Positions 12,212 to 24,782 of a stretch of DNA of 64,000 nt are shown here, piece after piece. Origin of the DNA: Chrysomallon squamiferum (taxonomy: Eukaryota; Animalia; Mollusca); assembly GCA_012295275.1 (NCBI GenBank), contig CM022665.1, positions 10,354,001 through 10,418,000 on the forward strand. The letters are read 5' to 3'. A program made the position numbers and the translations under genes. A model generated the notes under the pieces. The model did not search any database, was not told the origin of the DNA, and worked only from the letters and a program-made list of their open reading frames with translations. Numbering within the stretch: position 1 is the first letter of the stretch; every line of letters starts with the position of its first letter.

Positions 12212-12939
12212 TGTCGCTGCTTCTTCCACCTTCAGCCTACTTAACGTCTTCGACGCGATGTTTGAAGAAAGCCATAGATTACGACAGTTTGATGAAGTGA
12301 AGAAGATGGCGACACGAAAAGAGATCATCACTGACAGGATTGGTCTTGGTAAATTTAATTTATTGTTGTCCGGCCTCTCTGGTCAGCCGCAAGATGAAAG
12401 AATACGTGCACGAGGTATCCCTCCTTGACCAGCAAAAGTGGTCACGGGTCATCGAAAACCGGCGCTGACTTTTAGCATCAGTGGACATTACGAAAAGCAC
12501 CACGTTTTCTGATGTACTTTGCGGTCAACAGCAGAACTCACACAGAGTGGAGGTCAAAAGAAGGCTGACCCTATCTGACCCAAGAGATCGTTCACGTGTC
12601 CAATACATCACAATGAAGGCAATTCACCATGTGCATTTCTAAGTGTCGAAAATTGGCGGAACATCGAGAGAACCAAGCATGCTGGACTAAGGATTCGTCG
12701 ATGTATTGATGAAGCTGTTGGCCATAGACAAGTGTGGTGAACTTTGGGACCTCGGCTACATATTTGTTTAACGACGAGAAAATAACCGCCAAGCATAAAA
12801 GTCACATAAGTAGTGAAACGGAACACATTTTCTATCCTTATCAGACAAATCTGCGTTCTGGCTCGGTTTTTCGTTCGTTTGAAAATTTCGATTTCGTTTC
12901 TTTCCTTTCTCTTGTCTTTGCAGTAACGCGGATGTCGAG
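12212..12939 (+). ncRNA. Four consecutive structured domains with no microsatellite linker
   Basis: TGTCGCTGCTTCTTCCACCTTCA 12212-12234 / TGAAGTGAAGAAGATGGCGACA 12293-12314; GGTCAGCC 12381-12388 / GGCTGACC 12563-12570; CAATACATC 12601-12609 / GATGTATTG 12700-12708; interrupted stem 12751-12781 / 12906-12939. Confidence 0.55.
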
Positions 12940-13235
12940 CCATCTGTTAGAAACATTTCACTATTGATGTAGAACCAAACCATCCAGTTGTTATTATTTT
13001 ACTCAAAAGTATAGACGCATTATACGCTTCATAAACAACGAAGCACCATCGTAGATATAAAATACTGGGTACTCTGTTCATTAAAATAACTGTCAGTTGG
13101 TACAAAAAGATATACATGTAATGTTATTCCAAAACAAACAGGATAGGCATCAGCGTTTTAATACACTAATTCCATATGTTAAACTGTTTTTAAAATTCCT
13201 TAATAAATGAATGAATGAATGAATGAATGAATGAA

Positions 13236-13310
<75 letters not shown>

Positions 13311-13360
13311 TAATAATTTGGAAAAACTATAATTTGTTTTACTTCCATACATTTATAGTA

Positions 13361-13363
<3 letters not shown>

Positions 13364-13451
<88 letters not shown>
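13364..13451. repeat. (CT)n microsatellite, preceded by (TGAA)(TAAA)(TAA) runs at ~13205-13316
   Basis: Direct reading. Confidence 0.95.
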
Positions 13452-13453
<2 letters not shown>

Positions 13454-13498
13454 CCAATCTGTAATCTGTATGTAGGCCTATATCCCTGTTAAATCAAT

Positions 13499-13908
13499 GC
13501 AGTGTATAATGATTACACTGCTATTAAATTATCATTTGTCATCTCGCCAATTAGTACATTCAATACAAAAATATCTAAGTCATTTGACACTTAATACACG
13601 GCTATTGTTACATGCTTGTATTGTATTAGCAATCGGATACAGACTGGCTTAGAAAATGCATATTGAGTTACAACTATCAGATTATACTGTCTTCATGATG
13701 CGGTAAATTAATGGCTATTCTGTTACACAGTGCTTTAATTAACCTGTTTAAACAATTAGCACGAAACGTTCTCGTTTTACGTCAGTTTGGTTTCAGTTGT
13801 AAACTTCTAACATGCTTCCTTCCGATAAACGTACAAATAAATACGTCTGTCGGGCACAAAACAACGTCTGACGTAATTTTCAGATAGTTCTTCTAAAACA
13901 GAAAACGT
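13499..13908 (+). ncRNA. Structured domains
   Basis: GCAGTGTA 13499-13506 / TACACTGC 13514-13521; TCTAAGTCA 13574-13582 / TGGCTTAGA 13645-13653; TTACGTCAG 13777-13785 / CTGACGTAA 13868-13876. Confidence 0.45.
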
Positions 13909-14677
13909 AGTTTTCAGACAATAAATTATTCCAGCTTATTTCTATTTATCTAAAGCTAATAAAGGCAGTCGTAAACTCACAATATTGAACGTAGAAAAAA
14001 AGATACAGAGGGTATTTTATTAGATTACTTTTCCTCGTTCTTGTTTAGCACTACTACGTAGGTTTAAGAATGATTCTTTGTAACCGTTAGTCTTAAAAAC
14101 CAAGGTTTCTTCGTTACACAATGCTTTGGAGAGCAGTTTTCGTAATCCTCTCTCTGTTACATTAAATAAATCTTTGATGTTGATACAGTCTTGTCAAAGT
14201 TTGTTGTTAGTGTTTGTGCAAAGAGTTATACAGTTTACAGAATAGTGCAGAAAAGATGTTCTGGATTTACAACAATTAGCTTAACCTTCATCAAATAAGA
14301 TGAAAAGAGAGAAGCAGAGAGATATATATATGTATGTATATATATATAATTATGTATAAGTAGATAGATTTGTACAGAAAACAGACAGGTAAAGTAGATA
14401 GACTAATGGACAGAAAAACAGACAGATAGATAAATGGATATATAAATGATAGATATATATATATAGGTTGGTAAGAAAGTACATATGTCCACATATGTAT
14501 GTAAATAGGTACGCGTTTTATTTCTTTATTTCATTTATGTACGTATATAAAAATAAATAAAACACATGCATCTGTTTTAATGGGGAACAAATATAAAGAT
14601 AACAAACTCTACATCAGTATATACCTATGCATCTGACGATATATTTATTCTTTCACGGCAATTAGTTGTGTTTTTGT

Positions 14678-14965
14678 CAGCTGTGTGTATCGGTGTCTAT
14701 CAGTATTAAAATACAGCGAGCGCGTTTTGTCAAATAAAATGTCCACACATTCGCTCTGTTTATTTTTTTTCGACGTGTATTTAACTAACGCCCTGCACTG
14801 TTTGCACCCACGTGTTGAAAAATAATTGTAACTCATCTGTGTAACTGGACGAGTAAAATGAAACAGATGTACGGAGTGCCGTTTTGACATTTTCGGGACA
14901 GAAAACAAAGTAAAATACACCGCTGATCATGAGGTGGTTTAATAAATATTTACGTTAACAGCTGT
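14678..14965 (+). ncRNA. Multibranch structured domain
   Basis: CGGTGT 14691-14696 / ACACCG 14917-14922; TTTTTCGACGTGT ~14766-14778 / ACGTGTTGAAAAA 14810-14822 (3 G-U); CATCTGT / ACAGATG; TGTCAAA / TTTGACA. Confidence 0.45.
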
Positions 14966-15408
14966 ACGTTAATTATGATGTAATGATAATGATGATGATG
15001 ATGATGATGATGATAATAATAATCATAATAGTGATGATGATGACGGTGGTGGTGATGGTGATGATGACGATGACGATGATGATAATGTATATATTACAAT
15101 AAAATGAAAAAATGGAATTTTTAAAAAGTAACTGCTATTATATTCGTTTTTATTGAGAAACATCCTGATACATACTCTTAACTATACAGACACAGATATG
15201 TACGTAGACATAGATTTACACTCGCATTCGCTATTTCTCTCAACCTCTGCTTCTGTGTGTTTCAATCTAACAAATAATAATAATAATAATAATAAGAAGA
15301 ACAACAACAACAACAACAACAACAACAATAACGTGTTTCACCTTATTTGGTAAAACTATACTGCAGGAAATAAATATGTTTTTCAGATAATCTAATTATT
15401 TTCCACGC

Positions 15409-15798
15409 TCGATATTTAATTGGACGATTCTCACTTTTCTCCTCGTCTCGCCTTGGTGCTTCAGTTCGCATGAGGGAGAAAACGAGAAAAGAGCGCAGAC
15501 TTGCTAAATCAAAACCTCATGAAAACGTCGACAGACGTAGAAAACATCTAAGGCACAAAATGACTTTTATGTTTAGTTTTCCATACTTCCTCTTCAGCAG
15601 CTGTTTTTCCAGTCAGTATTTCCTCCACGCGCTGCCACGCGCCAGACAGGAAGTGAGGTTAACTGGGGCTAGCGTTATTTTATATTATCAATTGACTTTT
15701 GATCTTATGTATATTTGCAGCAGACTTGATGTCAAAGTCATGTGTAAGTATGTAAAAAAAAAAGAAAGAAAGAATATCTATTCTGAATATGATATCGA
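15409..15798 (+). ncRNA. Multibranch structured domain
   Basis: TTCTC..TTTTCTCC 15428-15442 / GGAGAAAA.GAGAA 15475-15488; ACTTCCT / AGGAAGT; TGACTTT / AAAGTCA; outer TCGATAT / ATATCGA. Confidence 0.45.
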
Positions 15799-16877
15799 AT
15801 AAAATTCATATACAAAAGCTCTTGTTGTGTTTTAATGTAAAGATAGGTAACGTCTTCGGAGATCTTGGAAGATAAAAAGAATTTATTTCGTGGAATTTAA
15901 ATCGAAAGGGATAAGCTCACTTCTTCGGATCCCTGCGGCTCTGTGTAATGGATTGTTGGAATTTCTGGCTTTAATAAAATGTCAGAGTTAATGATATGTA
16001 CGTTTAAATAAGTGACGAAGTGAAAGATTACTTTTATTTCATGCCGGCACGTGATTTTAATTTGTTTTGAAAAAGCACGAGAGTGTTTTGGAGCCCTGTT
16101 CACAGTGTGTTCTGTTTATTAGACTATTTCATAAACAAAAACAAATGTCTAATATTCATGACTTATTTTTTCTTTTTTAAAATATTGTTATAAATAAACG
16201 AATTTTTAAAAATAAGAGGCTAATTAAAAAAAAAATATATATATATATAAAATAAATAAATGAAATAATAATAATAATAATACACTTTAAAATAAAAATA
16301 AACTTATAAAAATATGATGTGTTTGTAATACATAAATACATGAAATAGTTATGTTATAGAATAATACATACACACATACACACATATACACACACACATA
16401 CATACATACACACATACATACGGACATTTACATTTCTACCACAGAATGCATGCAACCGTCCTAATTACGCAATTTAACTGGAATAACTTAAGCACAACTT
16501 TAACTATACTATAAAATGTATTTATCTATTTATTTATTTATTAATTTATTATTTTTATTATTTTATGTTCTATTTGCGTTTATAACATACTAATGGAAAT
16601 AGTCAAATACGTATTTGTGTGTATCTGTGAATTTAATTGTGTAGTACTTATGTCTGTAGGCGTGCTAGCGTGCGTGGGAGTGAAACAGGATAAATCTATC
16701 TGCATTATTAGTGTATGTCCATGTGAATACGTGCATTGTGTATGTTTGTATGTGGATTCATGTATGTACGTATGTATGTATGCATGTATGTGTTTATGTT
16801 TGTATACATGTATGCATGTTTATATTTAAGGATGTGTTCCTGTGTGTGTATATATATATATATATATATGTGTGTAT

Positions 16878-17045
16878 GTGTTTGTATGTATATGATATAA
16901 TTTATATATTTATATGTGTATGTTTGCCTGTATATGTAAGTATCTGTATGTATACATGTGTTTGTATGTATATGATATATTTTATATATTTATATGTGTA
17001 TGTTTGCCTGTATATGTAAGTATCTGTATGTATACGTGTGTTTGT
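16878..17045. repeat. 80-bp tandem duplication within a (TATG/TG)-rich tract
   Basis: TTTGTATGTATATGATATA recurs at 16881 and 16961. Confidence 0.85.
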
Positions 17046-17401
17046 GTGTAAGTATATATGTAGGTGTGTTTGTTTCGATGTGTTCACGTGTTTGTGTATG
17101 TGTGTGCGTGAGATATTATTTTAGCTTTATAATAATCGGCTGCACTTTAGTTTTACAGAAATATATTATGTGAATATGTATGTACGTTTTTATGTATACA
17201 CGTATGTATAAATATTTAACTCTTTTTTTTTTCAGGTTGAATATATGTACCAGAAATAGATATATCAGTATATTTATGTATGCGAGTATTGAACTCTCAC
17301 TGTCTTTGCATTTGTATTTGTGCATATGCTTGAGTGAATAAATAAATTATTTATGTAATATGTACATTTAAGTTTTTACATATCTATTTACGTAATACGA
17401 T

Positions 17402-17570
17402 AGGCGGCGCTGAACTGTTTTTAATTAGCCACGTGCGCGTGACGATATGACCTCACAGTCATGATATTGATAGGTAAACAAAGTGTCGAGTTCTCAATTA
17501 AAAGGACACCCGCTGTTTATCATTATACACAGTGCAAGTTTCATCTCAGTTAGACGTGTTCAGTTACCTC
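17402..17570 (+). ncRNA. Structured domain
   Basis: GCTGAAC 17409-17415 / GTTCAGT 17558-17564; internal ATGAC/GTCAT, TGATAGGT/GTTTATCA and GTGTC/GACAC. Confidence 0.4.
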
Positions 17571-17608
17571 CCTACATTAACCTTAGCACATTAATAGTTT
17601 TCGTTTTC

Positions 17609-17639
<31 letters not shown>

Positions 17640-17794
17640 CCTTTTCCGTTTTTTACACATATATTTTATTTTCTAGAGATAAAGTTTTATCTTTCGGTTC
17701 TTCTTTTCAAAGACATTTTTGTTGCTGTTTCTTTGTTTTTGTTCTTACTAGAGTTTTATTATTTCTTTTTTTCTTTTTAACTTCTTATCTTTTT

Positions 17795-17832
<38 letters not shown>

Positions 17833-18062
17833 TTGTATCTCCACTTTTTCTTATTTGGTTTTCTTTTAAAAAAAAAAAAAAAAAAAAAATCAAAGGCTTG
17901 TTGTTTTTAAATTTTTTATATTAAAGTACTTTTCTTTATTTTGATTTAAAAGATATGAAAGTTTTTAAAAGAGCCTTGTATTAAGTATCATATGTTAACG
18001 TGTGTGTTACATAATAGCAGTTCTTTTAATATGTTTAGAAATATATGTGTTTTCCATCTGTT

Positions 18063-18133
<71 letters not shown>

Positions 18134-18392
18134 TCTACACCTACCTACCTACCCAATTCTCTAGCTAGCTAGCTATCTGTATCTATCTGTCTATACATTG
18201 TACATCCTTATGTAAATCTGAACAACACACAAACAAAATTACGCACACTGAATCATGTGCAAATGCATAAAAGTACATGTACACTAACACTTACAAACAA
18301 ATACATATAGGTATCTGATTTTGTTTTCGAGAATATCGATTGATAATCGCAACTGAAACTTAAAAATAAATAGATAAACAAATTTTAGTTAA

Positions 18393-18490
18393 AATAAATG
18401 CACTCGAGTACTTAATTTGGCTGAGTGCATTTATTATCTGTTTTTACTAAATGTATATATGTATGTGTGTATTTATGTATGCATAAAATA

Positions 18491-18545
<55 letters not shown>

Positions 18546-18705
18546 AATGTTTAAAAATAGATAAATGCGCTTCATTTACTTAATTTGAATTGCATAAGAC
18601 TAATGGATGAGTGAATTTACGGTCTAAATGTTTTATTCAGATGTGTGCGTTCAGTTTTATGCAATTCAAATTAAGTAACTGGAGCGTATTTATCTGAATT
18701 TTAAA
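18393..18705. mobile_element. Two related fold-back (MITE-like) inverted repeats
   Basis: 13-bp perfect IR 18393-18405 / 18423-18435; ~43-bp IR 18559-18601 / 18653-18695. The left arms of the two are similar (ATAAATGC.CT...TACTTAATTTG). Confidence 0.6.
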
Positions 18706-18860
18706 TTTATTTATTTATTTATTTCAAAATCCTGTTTGCGTATACCAGAAATAAAAGATATTCAAAGAGATAATCAAGTGTAATAGAATAAATAAATAAA
18801 TAAATAAATAATGATTACCTCGCATAAATTAATTTAGGTTATGTAAATGACTTACACTTT

Positions 18861-18948
<88 letters not shown>

Positions 18949-19493
18949 CACTAGCTCAGTTTTTAATCAGACATAACAGTGACACAAAATGTAACTAGCT
19001 ACTGAATTAGCAACGAGAACATGAATTAATCAATTAATTAAAATAAATTAATCAGTTAAGAAAAAAAAAAAAAAAAAAGAAGAGAAAAACAAAGCAAAAC
19101 AGAACAAAAATAAATAAATAATTTAAAATAAATAAATAATGAAAAAGAAAGTAGATGAAAAAAGTGCAAAAGACGTATCAACGAGAATTGATCCGGTAAC
19201 ACGATAGTTGTCAGATAGGTTTTCTGTATTGAATTACAACAAGTCAAGTAAAGTGGAGAGTGTACGTTAGTGTGGGTTAAAGGATGAGTGCATGCAGCAC
19301 ATAGCGTGCAGCTAGTAGGAAGTATGTCGGTGCAGTTTGGAATATGTAAATTATAGTACTGAATAATTCATGATGATTTCACAGCATATATACTGTTGTG
19401 TAAAAACAGATGCCGCTGTTTTATTGACGTGTTTTTGTTGATGTTTTATTATTGATGTTTCAGTTATTTTTAGGCTTTTATTTATTCATTCAA

Positions 19494-19526
<33 letters not shown>

Positions 19527-19720
19527 TGTATGTATGTATGTACGTATCTATGTAGGCATATATATATATATATATATATATGTTTCGGTTTTTATTCATT
19601 TACTTAAAATAATGTATTTAATAATGAATTTATTTAGTTATTCATTTTTTTAAAATTAATTAATTAATTAATTTATTTATATTATTTATTTTATTTTATT
19701 TTATTTTATTTTGTTTACAA

Positions 19721-19792
19721 GCGTCAGTAGTTGTGTTCCGCTCCGAAATACCAAGTTGGAGAGATAGAAACAGACAGACAGAGAGAAAAACA

Positions 19793-19867
<75 letters not shown>

Positions 19868-20125
19868 GAGCAGAGTTATTTATTTAAATCTAGCATCTCA
19901 GAGCATCCCTTAATCTGTTGTTGTTTATTTAGAACTGACGTCAGATATTTGGGTTATGTGATAACAGGTCTGGCTGGGAAACACGGCGGCTCATACTATA
20001 TCACGTTGTCTGTATCTGACATATTGGGAGTAAATAGCAAAGAGACTTGTCGTGTTGGCTCTTCATCTCTTTAAACAGGTACAAGACGCCATTGTTTGAG
20101 ACCATCGCGTGGCATCATGTACCTC
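19721..20125 (+). ncRNA. Structured domains, the first closing across a (GA)n tract
   Basis: GCGTCAGT 19721-19728 / ACTGACGT 19934-19941 around (GA)n ~19797-19865; GTCAGATAT 19940-19948 / GTATCTGAC 20012-20020 with inner GTGATA/TATCAC; GGTACA..GCCA / TGGC..TGTACC. Confidence 0.45.
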
Positions 20126-21079
20126 GCCCATAGTCAGCTGTATTTATTTTGGCAGGAGGTTTAACGTTTTGCACGTGCAGGACGTGTTCTTACGTATTCT
20201 TGCTTTCTTACGTTTCTATTTCTGTATCGTGGAAACTCAGTTGCCGGCAGAGCGACTCTGGAGTGTGATAAAGAAGAAAGATGATGCTGCATGCTGTTGA
20301 AATATGTCTTAGAAGTTATTTTATCGGGAGTAAAACAAAGCAATGTAAATACATTTTTGTATTTTAAAATAATATAAGTATTTCATTATACATAGTAAGT
20401 ACTTGCTCAAAATCTGCAATAAATTAACAGAATAAGCCGACACTTTTAAAACCGGACAGGAATATTATATATATATATCTGTTTTTTGTTGTTGTTTTTT
20501 TATGTCCGCGATGGTTGGAACGAGAAATACAATATTATAATGAATGACGCTAGCGCCCCATCTAAGCGTTCAGTCACTAAGAAATGTTTTATGTTAATTT
20601 TGACATTTTGTTAGACGGAAAAACTGCAGGAGAGAAATTTGTATTTTAGGCACAGGAAAGAATAAACCATTACAATTTATTTTTGTTCTTTTCTTTCTTT
20701 CTTTCTTTCTTTCTTCTTTTTCCTCTTAATTTTTTTTTTTTTTTTTTTTTTTGAATATTTTTAAATTTTTTAAATTTGTTAAATGATAACGTATCTGTGC
20801 ATATAAAACATTTCATCAGCTACTGTCCACTGTTCCAAACTGAACATTTGTTAGAGTTTAAGAACGTAGACAAACACCGCAAAGCGTGGTTGCCGTTATG
20901 CTTCAGATTGGCACGGAGGAATTGTTAAACAAGAAACGTAACTCTAGTTTTAGTAAACGTATTTAGTTATATCATAAATTAAGATTAAAAAGATACTGCG
21001 GGCGTTCATAGCATCTAGTCTTTAGGTTTAGATAACATCAGATTTCATATCTGATTACAATGTCGTTTAGCTAATCAGT

Positions 21080-21790
21080 GTTAAATTAATCGTTCGATAT
21101 TAGCGGTTCACGTTATTACTTCGGTATTAACATAACTGTTGAATGGTAATGTTTTGCAGTTAACAGTCCCATGTTAGCAATAATCGTTAAATATTAAAAC
21201 GTCACATTAATACATACATATTAACGTTTAACTTTACTACATCATTCTTACTGTTTCAAATTAATCATTTGATATTAACGTCTAACATTAATGCATTGGT
21301 ATTTTCGTTTAACACTAACGATTCGGAATTAATCTCTCACATTAATCGTTCGATACTAACGTCAGTCATTAATGCATCGATATTTACTTTTAATATGTAT
21401 TCGATATTAATCTCTCACGTTAATCTTTCGATATTAACGTCAGTCATTAATGCATCGATATTTACTTTTAATATGTATTCGATATTAATCTCTCACGTTA
21501 ATCTTTCGATATTAACGTCAGTCATTAATGTATCGATATTTAAGTTTCACATTAAGCATTCGATATTAATCTCTCACATTAATTGTTCGATATTAAAGTC
21601 TTATTATTAATGCATCGATATTTAAGTTAAACATTAAGCATTCGATATTAATCTCTCACATTAATTGTTCGATATTAAAGTCTTATTATTAATGCATCGA
21701 TATTTAAGTTAAACATTAAGCATTCGATATTAATCTCCAAATTTAATTGTTCGATATTAAAGTCTATTATTAATGCATCGATATTTACGT
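21080..21790. repeat. Higher-order minisatellite: 78-82-bp unit made of three ~27-bp TCGATATT-core subunits
   Basis: TCGATATTAATCTC recurs at 21401, 21479, 21560, 21642 and 21724; degenerate copies extend to ~21080. Confidence 0.9.
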
Positions 21791-21856
21791 TTAACCATAT
21801 CTCACATACATTTTGCCTATTTAATGCCAAATAACATGATAACATATCGTAAAACG

Positions 21857-21889
<33 letters not shown>

Positions 21890-21974
21890 AAAATAAAAAA
21901 TAAAAAAATAATAAAAAATAAATAAATAAATTAATTAATTAATACAAATAATACAAATAAGTAAATATATTTGC

Positions 21975-22020
21975 ATCAGTGCCCATCTTGGGACTCGAAC
22001 CCAGAAAGTAGCAACTCTTC
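21975..22020 (-). mobile_element. Isolated Pol III B-box (tRNA/SINE fragment)
   Basis: GGGTTCGAGTCCC on the - strand at 21990-22002; no full tRNA cloverleaf seen. Confidence 0.35.
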
Positions 22021-22341
22021 ATCCCACATCTGCTGTAGTAACGGTTTTAATATTTAAAGAAAACTGTATTTTATATTAAGCGGTCATACAGCTGGGTTCT
22101 GTTATTTAGCAAATCTAGTTTGATATAAACAGCTTGACCTTTGAGACATGAAGAGAGCAATGTGGGTCAAATATACAAATTAGGAAAAAAAAAAACAGAT
22201 TAGCATAATAACTGAGGATTTATTAAACCTACCTAACATTTCGTGAAAAGTGCAAAGGTTTTCGGTATGAACTCGTAATACATACGTATAGGTGTAGGTA
22301 CTTGAGTACGTAAATATGTATTTTTGCATATGTACAGTCTT

Positions 22342-22415
22342 AGTAGTAGTAATTGTTGTTGTTGTACAAGTGTTAATAGCAGTAGTAGTAATAATATCAG
22401 TAGTAGTATTACTAT

Positions 22416-22454
<39 letters not shown>

Positions 22455-22660
22455 CTTTAGCAACAGTAGTAATATTACAACTACTGAAAGCATATGGACT
22501 AATTTAAAACTATTTTTACATCTACTACCACTGCTACTACTACTGCTACTGCAACTGCTGTTGCTAAAACTGCATCTAGTACTTCTGCTACTATTTCTAT
22601 TAATACGAGTACTACTACTACAACTACTGCTACAACTGCAACTACCACCACAGTAACAAA
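22342..22660. repeat. (AGT)n followed by degenerate (ACT)n: self-complementary microsatellite pair
   Basis: Direct reading. Confidence 0.85.
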
Positions 22661-22704
22661 AACCGCCACGACAGTGCCAACAACAACATCACATTCCTCC
22701 ACCC

Positions 22705-22969
22705 CGTTATCGCCAAATTACTCAAGGTTACTTCGGGAAGACCATTAAGCTGTTTAATCTAGTGTCGCTTCCAAACAAGATCTGATTTCATTGGTGTTTA
22801 AAACCTGAGCGTACTTGGTGCTGAACTAGTTATCAGAGGGAACATGGCGTCCATGATAAAAATGTCTAGCAGGTGTCGTTCTCGTAAATAAATTTTAATG
22901 TGAGATTCTATTCGTGTCCTTTTTATTAAACGAATGCAGTATTCTTTTGAATTATTGTGTTGTATAACG
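22705..22969 (+). ncRNA. Multibranch structured domain
   Basis: CGTTAT 22705-22710 / ATAACG 22964-22969; CTCAAGGTT / AACCTGAG; TCAGAGGGA 22833-22841 / TTCTTTTGA 22942-22950 (3 G-U); TATTCGT / ACGAATG. Confidence 0.4.
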
Positions 22970-23438
22970 TTGTTCATGTGTTTGTTTTGTGAGGTGTTTT
23001 AAGGAAGAAAAACAAGAAATGGAAATTTAAGAAAGAAAGAAAGAAAGAGAGGGGCGAAAAAAATGTTTAAAATACAAAATAGAGCATTTTATTTATATTT
23101 GTACATTTTATATTTATGTATGTATGTATGTATGTATGTATGTACGTGTATATGTGTATATGTGTACATGTGTATATATGTATGAATGCAAGTATGTTTT
23201 TGTATGCACGTACGTTTAAATACACACACAACCGGATAACAGCAACAGCAAAAGTAATAACGAAAAAAAAAAACCCACCAAAACAAAACAAACATCCACA
23301 AAAAAAAAAGAACAAAAAAGAATCGCAAAAAAAAAAAAAAAAAAAAAAAAAAAAGGAACACCCGTAAAACAACTTTATCTTTTTATATACCAAATTCTTA
23401 CTTAAACTCCTCCCTGTAATACAGAGCACCATTTGTCC

Positions 23439-23761
23439 CTATTCAGTACGTCCAAGTGAATACATTTATGTGGTCAAAGCTCGGACTGTGAACAGCTCGG
23501 CTCGTCTCTTTTATGTAGTTAGGTTCTTGGGAACGCCATCGCTATAATATTAGTTCCAGATGCAGGTTGAGATGAATGTCGCCATATTGTCCTTCGACAG
23601 AACACAAAAGAACGCCTCACAGTGGAGTGTTTGCGTTAAGGGATCTGGGTATTTCAAGGGAAGTAGACAGCCCATTAAAGAAATGATTTACAAAGAAAGA
23701 AATTGGCAGATAAATGTAAAGTGTTTTTTATTATTATTCCGTAATTGATACTTCTGAATAG
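23439..23761 (+). ncRNA. Multibranch structured domain
   Basis: CTATTCAG 23439-23446 / CTGAATAG 23754-23761; TACATTTAT 23461-23469 / ATAAATGTA 23710-23718; ACTGTGA 23485-23491 / TCACAGT 23617-23623; TCGTCTC / GAGATGA. Confidence 0.55.
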
Positions 23762-23839
23762 ACGTATGAAAGAAAAAAAAGAAAAAATACTCGCTCATCA
23801 CACAGGTGTCAAATTCGGATATGCCCTGGACAGTCTTCA

Positions 23840-23878
<39 letters not shown>

Positions 23879-24782
23879 AAAACGCATCATAAAACAAAAA
23901 CGAAATAATAATAATAATTGTTTTATGATACCTTTTCTTTTTAATTATACTAACATTGATGAAAAATTAATTTCAGTAATATGAAAAGAAAATTATTCTT
24001 TTTTTTTTTTTTTTTGGTTAAATTTGAGAGAGTAAGTACCAATGAAACTGAGTTTTGATAATGTCTATCTGAAATATTTCCTACTTGAGTCCAGTCTGCT
24101 GTTTCGTGATTTCTCTACTGATACAAAATACAGTCAACAGTCGCAAGACGCTTTTTGCATCTATTCTTTTTATTAGGTAAGTACAATAAATACCACAGAA
24201 GTAATTAACTAGTTTTATTCACATGAATCACATGCGTGCGTACATACATACAGACATACATACACACACATACATACATATACATGTTTACACATAACAC
24301 AAGTGCGTCCAAACATGCATAATTATTTATTAATTGATTAATATTATCGTTCGCTTTCGAAACTTCCGAAGTGCGGCCAAATGGGTGCCATACCTTCGTG
24401 TATCATCAGCGGCACTAATGTTTATGAGGTCGTGAACGGACTTCCTTCTTCTGCGCCAGTTCCCTCCTGAATATTGTCTGTGTGCCGAGTTTAATCAGAC
24501 GTATTATTTACTAAATACATATATACATATATTTGTATATAATTATATGCGTAACAGATATAAAATTATCTTAAAGATATAGAATTAATTTTATTATTCT
24601 TTTTGTTTTTCTTTTATTTATTTTTTCTTTTATTTTCTTTTATTTTTTTCCTTTTTTTTTTTTTTTTTTTTTTCATCATGGAGATTTTGTCTCCATAAAG
24701 CAAAATAATTGTGTTGTTTCCTATTAAATGAATACGAGAATACATATATTGATTTCAACATAATACTTACAAATTACAATAA

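Noticed and set aside
12258-12800. Possible decayed transposase/RT pseudogene (MKEYVHEVSLLDQQKWSRV...LLASVDITKS...)
   Set aside because: Multiple stops and no motif I can assign; composition is better explained by hairpin domains. Not excluded without BLASTX.
12895-12925. 3' splice acceptor (polypyrimidine tract + GCAG)
   Set aside because: No open exon or convincing donor follows, and the tract is the 3' arm of a predicted helix; cannot be supported without RNA data.
21269-21610. 113-aa repetitive ORF (SILISHVNLSILTSVINA...)
   Set aside because: Product of the 78-81-bp minisatellite staying in frame; non-ATG start and the frame breaks in later units.
21080-21790. CRISPR-like repeat-spacer array (also considered 1291-1805 and 50370-51395)
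   Set aside because: Intervening sequences are themselves repeated rather than unique spacers; eukaryotic context; no cas genes.
21975-22060. tRNA gene on the - strand
   Set aside because: Only a B-box/T-arm-like motif; no acceptor stem, D-arm or anticodon arm found.
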